DNA from: Eledone cirrhosa
Taxonomy: Eukaryota
Reading direction: 5' to 3'
Assembly: GCA_964016885.1 (NCBI GenBank)
Contig: OZ024743.1
Coordinates: 97,216,001 to 97,280,000 of the forward strand
DNA length: 64,000 bases
Part shown: positions 1 to 11,745 of the stretch, piece by piece
Numbering within the stretch: the first letter of the stretch is position 1
How the letters are laid out: each line of letters opens with the position of its first letter
Notes under the pieces: generated by a model
Database searches by the model: none
The model's input: the letters and a program-made list of their open reading frames with translations, nothing else
What the model was told of the DNA's origin: nothing
Made by a program: the position numbers and the translations under genes

Positions 1-419
1 TAACATCAGCAACTTTATTAATGTTATTATTATACTCAATCTCCATCGTAACTACAAACTCGGAATGTAGTGAGCTTTCTCCTGCTTGCTCCTGTTTTTA
101 CCAAAAAATCTCTTCTAAAATATATATAATATATTTATTTTAAATATATATAATATATAATACACCCACACATACGCACGTGTGTTATTTTTTCAAAATT
201 TCTTTTCTGTTCCTTTTTCATCCTATTTTCTACCTTTTCATTTCAACTTTATTTCTCATTCTGCCTATCTTCTAATGAAGGACTCGTGTCCAAAACATAA
301 AGACTCTTTTCTTACTATATCAATCATTAAACAAATATATTCATTCATTGTACTGTGTTTTTTGCTTTGCTATTTCTGTTTACTTTTTGCACACACACGC
401 ACACACAGACACAGATACT

Positions 420-451
<32 letters not shown>

Positions 452-456
452 AGATA

Positions 457-531
<75 letters not shown>

Positions 532-713
532 TATATATAATACAGAAAAAAGCAAGGCTTTTAAATTATTTTTATATATATATATTCATTAGTTAAGCAA
601 AACAAGACCACAAATTTCACAAGGAAGACATTATTAAAAGATTGTCAACATATTTTAGTTTGATGTAAGGAATGTAGAGAATAATAATAATAATATTAAT
701 AATAATAATGTCC

Positions 714-833
714 GTTTACAATTGTTTCGCTACTCCATATAATATTTCTGGATCAAATGATTATAGATCATTATTGATCTGATTCAGTTAAAAATAATTA
801 ACTTAGGTATAATTAGAGTAGCTCATCTGAACT
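714..833 (-). ncRNA. Hammerhead-like motif in pLTR (A4 variant, long stem II)
   Basis: Minus strand: GUU-CAGAUGA-GCUACUC..~80 nt..GAGUAGC-GAAAC-AAUU-GUA-AAC. Stem I is only 3 bp. Confidence 0.6.
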
Positions 834-1229
834 TCAAAAGGAATATAAATTAAAATAAGGAAAGAATTTTACATGAATGTAATGTTCCATATATTGGTAT
901 TTCACTATGGTGTCCTGGGTATATCTATTGTCTGCCATAGTCGAGCAGTATTCTTCTGTCGAGGCGGCATTGTGTGAGATCTGCCTATGGGTAACAAGAT
1001 GGCCGCCAATGGACATATTTACCTTACTAATTAGAGGGTGGTTTCAGGGGAAGTAACTCCTCGAGAAATTAGAAATTGTGGGTAGTTTATAGTTAAGAAG
1101 TGCTAATTTTTTAATTTTTTAATGGAGAGAGACAATGTAAGGGAGGTAACTTATAATTATCGAAGTTAGCTATAACTATTTAACTTATTAGCTATAAGTA
1201 AAAATGGGGCTAGATGACTATGTTGGGTC

Positions 1230-3747
1230 AAATATTCTGTTGGCGAAGGAAATAGCCCTTCGATGTTGACAGCTAATAGTTACCTCTGTTCTATCGTTAA
1301 TCGGTAGAGGTCGTGATAGAGTTATTTAATATGCTTCGGTAAGACAGAGGTCACAAGATTTTCTTCGTCCATTGAACGGTTGGGCCCTAGCCAAGATATC
1401 CCATGTTAGTGAGTGTTCAATGTTGGTTAATTTAAGGTTTTTAATGAGCCTAGCTAGAGATGTCGAACATCTGTTGTTAGGGTCTCGGAAGGAAAAAGAG
1501 TGCGCGTTATAGCGTACCTTAAAAGGGTTAGAGGTAGAGCCAATATAGGAGCTGATATGCGAAGCAGTTTTAACTGTGCACCTATAAACTATATTGGGTG
1601 TCAGGCAATGTCCATTCAGTGGGCATGCATTAGGGTAACGGCAGTTGCAGTTACTGCTGCGGTTAGTGAGAGTAGGGTTGTTTAAACTAAGCGGTTGGTG
1701 TGTGCTAGAAGGATTAGATGGGGGAGGTGTGCTACTAGAGTAAGTATTGGTGTAGTGGCGTGGTGTATTTAATGGGGGTGGTGGTACAGCGGTTTGGGAG
1801 TTATACTGTCTTAGTTTATGATGGTTACTGAATGCGATGTGGCTAGCTAGGTTTGGTGTTGTGGAGAATGAGATTTTAATGTTGTTTTTATTAAAGAGTT
1901 TGTAATATCTATGGTTGGGGGGGGGGGATGTTTAGATAGGATAGAGAAGAAGCGTTTAGGGATATTAGTGGCTAGATTAGATGAGAATGGGGGGTTAATC
2001 CAGGTGATATTTCTAGGCCTATTCCTTCTAGGGGTTCTAGTGGAGTTGGTAGGGGCCTTCATAGTGTTATTATTACCTGGGCATTTGTTATTTGTCATCC
2101 CATTGCTTATTCATATTCTAGGGTTGATTTTTAGTTTGCTACTTGGAGTGGGAAGTAGGCCACTGCCACCATTAAGGTTCCCTGTATAGGTGCTGTTACT
2201 GCTAAAATTCCGGCGAATCTGTCTATATGCTAAGGTATTTCTAGTTCTAGTGTTAAGTTTATTATGGTTGTGGTGAAGTGCTGTGTTATGGCATTTAGGT
2301 ATGCAGTAAATGGACTGTTCATAACCAGATTCAGAAAGAGCCTTATTATAATATGCCGCATGGTTTACAAATATCTCCTCATTTGCTGATAGCATTGAGA
2401 TCCTATACGAGATAGATTTGATTACTGCTCTGATGACTGCCGGTGGGTGGTTAGAGTGTTGGCTAATATATGTAAGTATTTCACCTGGTTTATGATAAGG
2501 GTAATATAGGTTATTGTTAAGATCTAGGGTAACGTCTAGGAAGTTTACTACTTTATGGTTCGGCTCGATGGTGATAGAGAGACCGTTATTTTTAAAGAAT
2601 CTATGTAATTGTTTTTTTAGCAAGTCAATGCCTCGATTAGTGCAATTGTGGACTCCAAATAGGACGTCGTCCCTATATATTCCGCCTTGCAAGGGTTGGA
2701 TTTCAGCTCTGATGTTATGTAATAGGTAAATTCCAACTAAATCGTTGATTTGCGCAGTCACTTGAGCCCATAGTGATGTCAAAGTTGTCTGTTCTGTCTT
2801 TTCTAGTCCAGAGTGCTCCGTTGAATTCAATGATGGTCTGCCTAGCCATAAATATGATGTCAATCTCATTATTGGTTATGTCAGAGTTGGTGCTGGCTCG
2901 GGTTAATGCTTTGTTGAGCAGTGCCGGGGTTATTAAAGCGTAATAGCTGTCAATGTCAAATTGGAGGAACCTCATAGATTCCTTGGAACTTAGATCGGAG
3001 AACCATCTAATGACTTGGCCGGTGTTGGACCACAGCTTGTAGGTGATATCATCTCGTAGCCCAAGGATGATCCTATCAAGGATGTTCTTACTGATACGAC
3101 CCAAGTCGGATGCGGTTGGGCTAATAGATGGGTTCTCTAGAAAGTTTGGCTTGTGATCCTTGAGAGAAAACCTTGGGGTTGTAGGTACATAAGGGTAGGT
3201 AAATCTATCCAGATGCAAGTCCTTAACCAAAGCCTGGGCTTTTCGGTTAGGTAAGTTTACACTGGAGGGTATAGTTTTTTTTATAGTTTTTATTAAGTTC
3301 CTTAAGAAGGAAAGAGTTCTAAGTTTCAGGAGTCATGGTGTATAGATGTTTAGCTTTGTCAGACATAACATGTAAGAGGTGGCTATCTTTAAATTTTGTT
3401 ATAGTTGTTGCTAATTTTGTGAGGAAATTATTCTTTTGTCTATAATGCTTTTTGAATTTAATGCTCCTGACGAAGTTAAATAGATCTTTCTCAAAAGGGT
3501 CCAGCAGGATGTTGTGTGGAGGGTTCTTGCAGGTGGTAAATCCATATCTGTTTGCTGTACTTCCGGCGTCAGCAGCACCCGCACGGTCCAAGTGGAAGGC
3601 TTTCCATCGTATTCTTCGGATGAAAGAGTTGATACTCTGTATTAGGAGTTTGAGGTATGTCTTCCTGTCCGGGATAGGAATGGACTTAAGTGATATCCTG
3701 AGTTCCTGCTTGCTCAACATGGTGACTTCTAACAGTAAGTAGCTCAA
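1230..3747 (-). pseudogene. Frameshifted PLE reverse transcriptase/GIY-YIG endonuclease ORF
   Basis: ORFs 3319-3747, 2715-3230, 2111-2869 and 1847-2098 are collinear parts of one PLE protein, broken by frameshifts and stops. Confidence 0.85.
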
Positions 3748-4060
3748 CTACGGGAGCTCAAGTATACACAATTCAAGAGTAACCAATCTTAAAGAGAGAG
3801 ATGGAGATAGGAGAGGAGAAGAGAGATTGGTGAATTAGTTAGAAGCCAAAGCGTAAAAGCATGTGCTCAATGTGAAATATGCAGTGGAAGGCAGCTAGGT
3901 GGCTGGGTTCATGCAGATGTTAGGTGCACAGAGCTGGAAATATTCATTAGTTAAGCAAAACAAGACCACAAATTTCACAAGGAAGACATTATTAAAAGAT
4001 TGTCAATATATTTTAGTTTGATGTAAGGAATGTAGAGAATAATAATAATAATATTAATAA

Positions 4061-4160
4061 TAATTGTTTCTACTCTTGGCACAAGGCCAGCAATTTTCCA
4101 GTACATTACTGGTACTTTATTTTATCGACCCCGTAAGGATGAAAGGCAAAGTTAACCTCG
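4061..4160 (-). mobile_element. 5'-truncated SINE inserted into pLTR copy
   Basis: Contains the SINE core TACTGGTACTTTATTTTATCGACCCCGTAAGGATGAAAGGCAAAG. It is absent from the 582-876 pLTR copy and sits in an (AAT)n run. Confidence 0.9.
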
Positions 4161-4171
4161 AAATAATGTCC

Positions 4172-4290
4172 GTTTACAAATGTTTCGCTACTCCATATAA
4201 TATTTCTGGATCAAATGATTATAGATCATTATTGATCTGATTCAGTTGAAAATAATTAACTTAGGTATAATTAGAGCAGCTCATCGGAAC
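4172..4290 (-). ncRNA. Hammerhead-like motif in second pLTR copy (C4 variant)
   Basis: Minus strand: GUU-CCGAUGA-GCUGCUC...GAGUAGC-GAAAC-AUUU-GUA-AAC. Confidence 0.6.
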
Positions 4291-4727
4291 TTCAAAGGGA
4301 ATATAAATTAAAATAAGGAAAGAATTTTACATGAATTTTAATATGCTTCGGTAAGACAGAGGTCACAAGAGTTTCTTCGTCCATTGAACGGTTGGGCCCT
4401 AGCCAAGATATCCCATGTTAGTTTAAACAACCCTACTCTCACTAACCGCAGAAGTAACTGCAACTGCCGTTACCCTAATGCATGCCCACTAAATGGACAT
4501 TGCCTGACACCCAATATAGTTCATAGGTACACAGTTAAAACTGCTTCGCATATCAGCTCCTATATTGGCTCTACCTCTAACCCTTTTAAGGTACGCTATA
4601 ACGCGCACTCTTTTTCCTTCCGAAACCCTAACAACAGATGTTCGTCATCTCTATCTAGGCTCATTAAAAACCTTAAATTAACCAACATTGAACACTCACT
4701 AACATGGGATATCTTGGCTAGGGCCCA

Positions 4728-6330
4728 AAGCGTTGGACTTCGCTACCACTTATACCACTGTTGATGGTTTAGACAGGGAGATCATCGCTCACTGCCGGAA
4801 AAACCTCCTCTTCAACGACGGAGTAGCCTGAGCAAAGAAGTCTACAACTTCAGACCTATTCGACGTCTCCATTGGATCGTTCGACAGTACTGACGTATGT
4901 GACTTGGTTGGCCTATTTATGTTAGACATATTACGTGTTAGATTCCCGGACTTCCACACGGGAATATACTGCGACGATGGACTGACTTTATCGAGCCATA
5001 AAAGTGGTCACAACCTCGACCGGTTTAAAAAAGACTTAGCTTCTACCTTCAATGAGTTAGGACAGTAGCCACCAACCTCTCTAGCGTAGATTTCTTAGAC
5101 ATTAATTTAGACCTTCGCAGACACACCTACAGACCCTTCCATAAGCTAAACGAGAAACTCAATTACATTCACAAGGAGTCATGCCATCCCCACTGTTTTT
5201 AGAAACTTCGTTAAGAATATCAGTACTAGAATCTCAAACCTCTCCTCTAATAAGGCTATCTTTGACAGGGTGGCACCCTACTATAACACGGCGTTGGCTA
5301 ACAGCGGCTTCTCACAACCTATCACTTACTCTCCCACTAGCAACAACACCATTAAGAAAAGAAAGCGCATCTATAGACAAACTATTTGGTTCTCTCCTCC
5401 CTTCTCACTCAACGTTAAAACCAATGTAGGAAAATATTTCTAGCCCTCTTAGATAGACACTTTCCCATAGGTCATAAATACCGCTTCATCTTTAACCGAC
5501 ACAAAGTTAAACTAGGATACTCCTGCGCTAAGAACATGATGGCCCACATCACCAGCAGCCCTAGGAGCAACACCCCACCAGGGTGCTCTTGCCGTAAGCT
5601 CGAAGCTTGCCCCCTTCAACAGCAATGCAACACACCAGCTGTAATTTATGAAGCTGTGGTCACTTCCAACCGACCAAACGAACCACAGGAGGTCAAATCC
5701 TATGTGGGCATGGTGGTGGGCCGATTTAAGGAACGTTTCCTGAACCACCAGTCTACCTTCAGGTACCCGGACAGACGTTCATCCACAAACTCGCGAGCCA
5801 CGTATGGTCCCTCAAGGACTCAAGTATAGACTACTCCATCCAATGGAAAGCCATCACTAAGACCAAGCCATACGCAAGGGGAAATCCGAGGTGTGGCTTA
5901 TGTATTGACGAACGAATAACTATTCTAAAGAGATTACGCAATAGTGATTGCCTAAACACAAGAAATGAATTTTTCACACGTTGTCCACACGTCGCCAAAC
6001 ACCTATTGCATAACTACAAGGCTCCGGACTGATTCCTTGTAATTTTTATTTTCAACTAAAAACTTTTCGGACTTTCGCAGTTATCTCCCTTATACCTCTC
6101 GCACGCATTCTACTATTGCCTGTGTGAAGTGACCGGGTTTCTGTGCATGCGCGTTCGTACGGTTGTCCTTCCTGTTCCTATAACCATGCCCATTACGAGC
6201 TGAGGATCCGCTAAGGTAAAACAATTGTTCTCGGTATGCTGAACTAACTGTTGTGTAACCACTTCTAACTAACTCATCCCATGGACTGAGTGCTCTACCA
6301 CTACGGATATTACCTTCCAGTGTTCCACCA
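4728..6330 (+). mobile_element. Penelope-like retroelement 2, 5'-truncated and decayed
   Basis: Plus-strand remnants DVSIGSFDS, GIYCDDGL, FLDINLDL, IWFSPPFS, and GIY-YIG CPLQQQCNTPAVIYEAVV..SYVGM..FKERFLNH. A 3' non-coding part ends at (TA)n. Confidence 0.85.
6196..6233 (+). ncRNA. Minimal type I HHR, G12 mutated
   Basis: CGAG-CUGAGGA-UCCGCUAAGGU-AAAAC-AAUU-GUU-CUCG, with palindromic stem III ACAAUUGU. Confidence 0.65.
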
Positions 6331-6339
6331 CTATATATA

Positions 6340-6434
<95 letters not shown>

Positions 6435-6536
6435 ATATATATTATATATATATATATATATATACATTATGAAGAGAGAAGAAACATTTAGATATAATTA
6501 GTAATAAAATGTATCATACCTAAACTGCTTCTAGAT

Positions 6537-6626
6537 TCCTCGACTACGTAGTTTCGTGGCATAAACAAAAACAATACATCATAAAGATATAGAGCTTTTG
6601 CGAGGTCTGCCGACTTATCAAGAGGA
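6537..6626 (-). ncRNA. Type I HHR with U3:A8 core
   Basis: Minus strand: UCCUC-UUGAUAA-GUCGGCA...UGCCAC-GAAAC-UACGUA-GUC-GAGGA. Confidence 0.7.
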
Positions 6627-7048
6627 TACCTCGTTTTACTAGCCTCAAGAACACGTATATATGATGTGAGAAAGAATCCCAAAAGGCGGAGGGGGAGACA
6701 GTCACGTGATACAACGGTCAAGAAACAGAGCTAAGCACCTTATAACCCCGAAAAAAATACCACGGAGGCGGAGGGGGTATTTATATCGAAGCCGTAGAAG
6801 AGGTGGTTAAGGAGGCGAGAAGTATGAGTAATGGCAGCTTTCCAGCAGTCACTACACTTCAAAGATTACTCGACCAGAGGGAGTTCATATATATATATAT
6901 ATATATTAAAGAGTTAAACAAGATTCAATGAGTATATCAAAGAATGAGTTTTACAGTAAATTGGAAGCACTCTACGAGTATAATTTTCCAGAGTTATTAA
7001 TATTAAAATAGAAATATTAATAAAATAGATGTTCTTATGATCAATTAC

Positions 7049-7101
7049 ATTTTATTATACATATTTCAGATGTACAACAGTACGTCCTCATCAGACAAAA
7101 T
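7049..7101 (-). ncRNA. Minimal type I HHR (AUA site), family A
   Basis: Minus strand: AUUUUGU-CUGAUGA-GGACGUACUGUUGUACAUCU-GAAA-UAUGUA-UA-AUAAAAU. Confidence 0.75.
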
Positions 7102-7298
7102 ATAATGATACATGACATACCCTGAGATGTTAAATGGTTAAGATTTTATATATATATATATATATATGCAAAAGTTCTATTTAAATTGTTGGGATACAAC
7201 AAGCAAATATTTTTATAACTGATATAAAGCACTCGACAAATATTTGGAGTAGATATACGATATTAATAAATGGAAACTATATTTATAAAACCATATTT

Positions 7299-7361
7299 AT
7301 TTCATTATATATATTTCAAGGATACCAAGTTAAACTATGGTATGCCTTCATCAGACAAAAT
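7299..7361 (-). ncRNA. Minimal type I HHR, family A (left arm)
   Basis: Reverse complement of the motif at 8718-8780. Confidence 0.8.
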
Positions 7362-8717
7362 ACAATATATAACAGTTTTATAAATAGACATTGACGTACT
7401 CTTTAAAAAGTGACCGTTACTTTTGGAGGCCATCAGGATAGTGGTTTTTTTAAATTTTTATTTTTAAAATTTTTTTTTATATTTTGATACCTGTAGAATC
7501 CTTGTTTTTTAAGTTATATTGATATAATATTTTATTTTATTTTTTTATTTTTTATTTTTTATTTTTTATTTTTTATTTTTTTATTAGATTCATTTTATTT
7601 TTTATTTTTTATTTTTTATTAGATTTTTATTAGATTTGTTTTTATTCTGATAGCCTCTCATAATTTTCAAAAGTTTGTCCTCTCAATATCTTGATTAAAA
7701 TATACGTAAGATAAATTTCTATACTAAATATATTAAACATTATTTTAACTTAAAATATTCTATAATATTTTGGGATATTTTAGTATTTTGATATTTGTAG
7801 AATTCGTTTGCCTTTTAAGTTATATTGATATAATTATATTTCCAAAATATAATCCTTTTGTATTTTATATACTCAATTGTACTATGTTGTATATTGATGT
7901 ATACTTATGTCTATATGCGGCTTATGTATATATATATGTGTATTGACATACATATACATGTGTTATGTTTTTTTATGATTATAACACCCATACATGCATG
8001 AAAGTTAATCCTATATATTTATATATATATACTAAAAAAATTTAATTAATAACACAAGGAATGTATAGCAATAAATAAAAAATCACTTATGCTTTGTATG
8101 TATATATTATATGCGGGCGTAGATATAATGTGTATTTTCTGAGTGAGTGTGTATATATCTATATTTATGTACCTTTGCCTATGTGTATGTGATATACGAT
8201 AGGTAATTTCTCTAGCAATATATATATTTTATAATGTTTAAATTCTAATTTTTAATATATTGATCTCAATTTTTAAACTAAATATCTAATCATAATTAAA
8301 CAATGTGTAATTTCTCATATTATATATCTATATTCCATTCATGAATATTAATATTTCTAATTTTATTTATTCATTTCATCTCAATTGTTAACTCAACTTA
8401 ATATGACATAACTTAAGGTTTTCGTTCTCTCCCCCCTCTCTCTATCTCTATATATATCTCTCTTGAGTTTTTTCTCTGTCTGATGGTTTGATATCTCCCC
8501 GTTATTTTCCTCTGTTCTCTTTTCTTTTTGCTTTCTTCTTTTTCTTTATCTATCTCTCCCTTTCTTTTCTCCACGTTTCTCTCTCTCCATCTTTTTACTT
8601 ACTCTTAACACTATGACTTACTAATGTAAACAAACCACTATCCTGATGGCCTCCAAAAGCAACGGTCACTTTTAAAAGGGTACGTCAATGTCTATTTATA
8701 AAACTGTTATATATTGT

Positions 8718-8780
8718 ATTTTGTCTGATGAAGGCATACCATAGTTTAACTTGGTATCCTTGAAATATATATAATGAAAT
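8718..8780 (+). ncRNA. Minimal type I HHR, family A (right arm)
   Basis: AUUUUGU-CUGAUGA-AGGCAUACCA..UGGUAUCCUU-GAAA-UAUAUA-UA-AUGAAAU. Confidence 0.8.
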
Positions 8781-8821
8781 AAATATGGTTTTATAAATAT
8801 AGTTTCCATTTATTAATATCG

Positions 8822-8853
<32 letters not shown>

Positions 8854-8890
8854 GTCAGATTCTTATTGGCAACATGACCCTCCCAAGCAT

Positions 8891-8960
<70 letters not shown>

Positions 8961-8964
<4 letters not shown>

Positions 8965-9482
8965 CGTATTTTAATTTATTTAAAACGTTATTTAATGTTT
9001 TCTTGTTCCGCTCATTTTTATAGTTCTGGTATCTCAAATTAGTACCATTGAACAACAATTCTTATAGACAGCATGTATATTTCCGTGGGTTCCTAGTACC
9101 TACTGGAATATTTATATCATTTATTTGTATTCTCCTTCTATGTAGAAAACAAAAGTTGTATCGTGCTGCTATTTTTAGTAACATGAAATATCAACAAGTC
9201 TATAATTCCCGCTTTTTCTTACGGCCTATTTATGTGTGGGTCACTTTAACGGCCTGACCTCATGCATTGGGCAGAAAGCGATATATTTACTAGCCACGAG
9301 GCTTTGTGCCCTGTGGTTTGGAAATAGCTGTCTGAAGAGCTGATTCTTTCCATTAGAAATTCTCTGAATTTCCAATCTTTTGATAAGCCAAACCGTCGGT
9401 CACAGCACTAGAACAGGTGAATTTTTAAATCGTATTTTAATTTATTTAAAATATTGTTTAATGTTTACTTGTTCCGCTCATT

Positions 9483-9483
<1 letters not shown>
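8961..9483 (+). mobile_element. 466-bp-period terminally redundant non-coding unit with HHR (retrozyme- or pLTR-like)
   Basis: ~57-bp direct repeat at 8961-9017 and 9427-9483, (TA)n on both sides, internal HHR. Confidence 0.65.
9327..9406 (+). ncRNA. Type I HHR, G12C mutated
   Basis: GCUGU-CUGAAGA-GCU...AGC-CAAAC-CGUCG-GUC-ACAGC. Confidence 0.65.
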
Positions 9484-9515
<32 letters not shown>

Positions 9516-9519
9516 ATAT

Positions 9520-10497
9520 ATATAAAATTAAGTACGTATGTGTGTGTGTGTGTCTGTGTGTCTGTGTATTACCTATAGGGGCCTACATCTTACGACCGAT
9601 TTTGATGAAACTTTACAGGCTCATAGATTAGTCATCGGGGAGTGTTTTCTATATAGCAGCGTATCGTCTTTTTTTCCGGGGTGATGCTGCAGATAAAAAT
9701 CGATAGGGTTGTCACCTTAAAATAAGATTTTTGGCTCTAGCTCCCACATTTTGCCACCGATTTCGTTCAAAATAAAATTTATCATGTCACATCCTGTAAT
9801 GGCTTTATATTTTGCATTTATTGTTCAGGGACGGCGTGGCAGCCGCTTAAATATTCAAAAATACCACTTTTAGAGTCAAATTTCCACTTTTTCGGCTCTA
9901 GCTCCCACATTAATCAACCTACTTTGTTAAAATTTTACACTACGCTAGATCTGATTATTTCACGTCTTAAAGTGGCTTTACATTTTGGATTATTTGTTCA
10001 AGACCGGCGTGACAGCCGCATAAATATTAAAAAACCCACCTTTTCGCTCAAATTTCCGCATTTTCGGCTCTGGCTCCCACATTTTTCAACCGATTTCGTT
10101 CAAATTCGAAACTTCGGCTCCACCTCACACATAAATCAATTTATTTGGTTCAACTTTTATACTACGATAGAACCTATCATTGCACATCTTATAGATGGTC
10201 AAAGGCAAAACGATGGCCACTGACATCGTCTGAGCTTTTAGTTGTGTATTTGAGAATTCATCGGTTTCCAATCAAGTAGCGTAAGGAAATTTGGCTTAGT
10301 GTTAGAGGTCATTACCTCCCTCCCCCAGCATGCCCCTTCGTCAATCACCCGCGTTTCTCAGTGATAGAGGTCATCACCACCCTCCCCCGCATGGCCTGTG
10401 TGTGGCCATAGATGAGTTATTGAGAAGCAGTCGCTAAGATCAACACCTTTTCATCAAAGCAGATATTATTTTACCTACCCAGACAACGCTGGGTACT
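9520..10497 (+). mobile_element. Probable non-autonomous Helitron-like element
   Basis: 5' (TG)/(TCTG) microsatellite followed by CCGATTTTGATGAAACTT, internal ~165-bp subrepeats (9729, 9890, 10061), and a subterminal hairpin ACCCAG-ACAACG-CTGGGT at ~10477-10495. The terminal CTRR is not seen; a SINE follows directly. Confidence 0.55.
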
Positions 10498-10671
10498 GCG
10501 GTGGATTGGTAGTACCGTAGAGGGTCGGACGTCATGCTTTGACGCATAAAGTTACGGCCCTTTCCATTCTGAGTTCAAATCCCGCCGAAGTCAACTTTGC
10601 CTTTCATCCTTACGGGGTCGATAAAATAAAGTACCAGTAATGTACTGGGCAATTGTGCCAAAAGTAGAAAC

Positions 10672-10677
<6 letters not shown>
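10498..10677 (+). mobile_element. tRNA-derived SINE
   Basis: A-box-like TGGTAGTACCGT, B box GAGTTCAAATCC, core GCCTTTCATCCTTACGGGGTCGATAAAATAAAGTACCAG (resembles the Meta/MESC SINE domain, from memory). Confidence 0.9.
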
Positions 10678-10719
<42 letters not shown>

Positions 10720-10723
<4 letters not shown>

Positions 10724-11110
10724 TATAAGAATCAAAGAACTGTTCAAAACATTTTTATGCTTACAACTGTTTCCTCCAAACCTAGGTTTGGATTCTTCGG
10801 ACCAATTTATTATTGAATGAACACTTATATGACCTCCTTTTCAACCCAAGAGACATACAGATACATATGCAAATATTGTGGGTCAACATCCATTACAGCA
10901 TTTAGTGTGGCAGTACACATTTAGAGATTACATTCATATTAAAAGATAAAATCAAAAATACAGGTTAAAATACAACATGAAATTAATGAGATAGGATAGT
11001 CATAAGCGGTTATTGAGTGCAATAGTTACACGTGTGGCAAGCACGTGCGTCTTGTTTATATAATGCTATAGTGTGGCAGAGAGTTACGTGTAATAGAAGC
11101 ACTTAAACAG
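10720..11110 (-). mobile_element. Solo HHR-bearing repeat, diverged relative of the 17572/19590 arms
   Basis: Collinear similarity with 17572-17979. HHR at 10758-10804 (-): CCGAAGA-AUCCAAACCUAGGUUUGGAG-GAAAC-AGUU-GUA. Confidence 0.75.
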
Positions 11111-11366
11111 GTAATCAAGAGTGTTAAGGGAGTTGAACTGGTAATGAATTCTTTATATGATTGTTATAGCCTATGCGTGGAGAAATAATATAAGCATTAA
11201 AAATATTGGAAATGCGTAGCAAAGCGATGATATGGATTTCATGCACAGCAACATTTTCATAGTCCGAGGAGCATTTTTTTCAGATTATATGCCCCTCACA
11301 TAATCCACGACGATTCGATATTGGGCGTTTGACGATCCTGTTAGAGAATCGTAGTCTGTATATATA

Positions 11367-11745
11367 TAAACGGAAAAAATGAAACGAAATTTCATTTCCC
11401 ACTCTTAGTACGGCTGTTACTTAAATATAAGTATGTATTCGTACATACATATATGTATACAGACGTACAGTATTATATATATATATATACATGCACACAT
11501 ATATATATGTACGTATGGATTCACCGAACATTTATTATAATGCTCGGTGTGTTTGTAAACAAACATCCCGTATTAAGCCGTAGTGTCTAGCAACCATCGT
11601 TACTCGTATGTTCAACACTGACAAAGGAACGCTGTACTAGTTTCAAGCTTATTAGCTATCGTCAGCAACGTATACCTTCCTGCCAGATTGTTGAACGTAT
11701 ATACTTACCTTATGCATATTAACGGCTGAGTAGCCCAATTTGCAT
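11367..11745 (-). mobile_element. HHR-bearing ~440-bp repeat family, copy 1
   Basis: Collinear with 44881-45340; a partial inverted copy lies at ~62870-63025. Confidence 0.85.
11629..11671 (-). ncRNA. Minimal type I HHR, intact core
   Basis: Minus strand: ACGUUG-CUGACGA-UAGCUAAUAAGCUU-GAAAC-UA-GUA-CAGCGU. Confidence 0.8.

Larger units (their letters stand above)
582..4727 (-). mobile_element. Penelope-like retroelement 1, near full length and decayed, with direct pLTR repeat and rearranged upstream partial copy
   Basis: Minus-strand ORF pieces show PLE RT motifs (FLQFDIDSYY, FDITMGS, GIYRDDVL, FLDVTLDL, WINPPFS). The GIY-YIG region at ~1230-1700 reads in its inverted copy at 4420-4727 as CPLNGHCL..YTVK..SYIGSTSNPFKVRYNAH. 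582-876 is repeated at 3940-4336. Confidence 0.9.
7253..8826. mobile_element. Non-coding inverted-repeat element with HHR-bearing ~195-bp arms
   Basis: 7253-7447 is the near-perfect reverse complement of 8632-8826. The interior is AT-rich and lacks an ORF; (TA)n lies at or near both ends. Confidence 0.8.
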
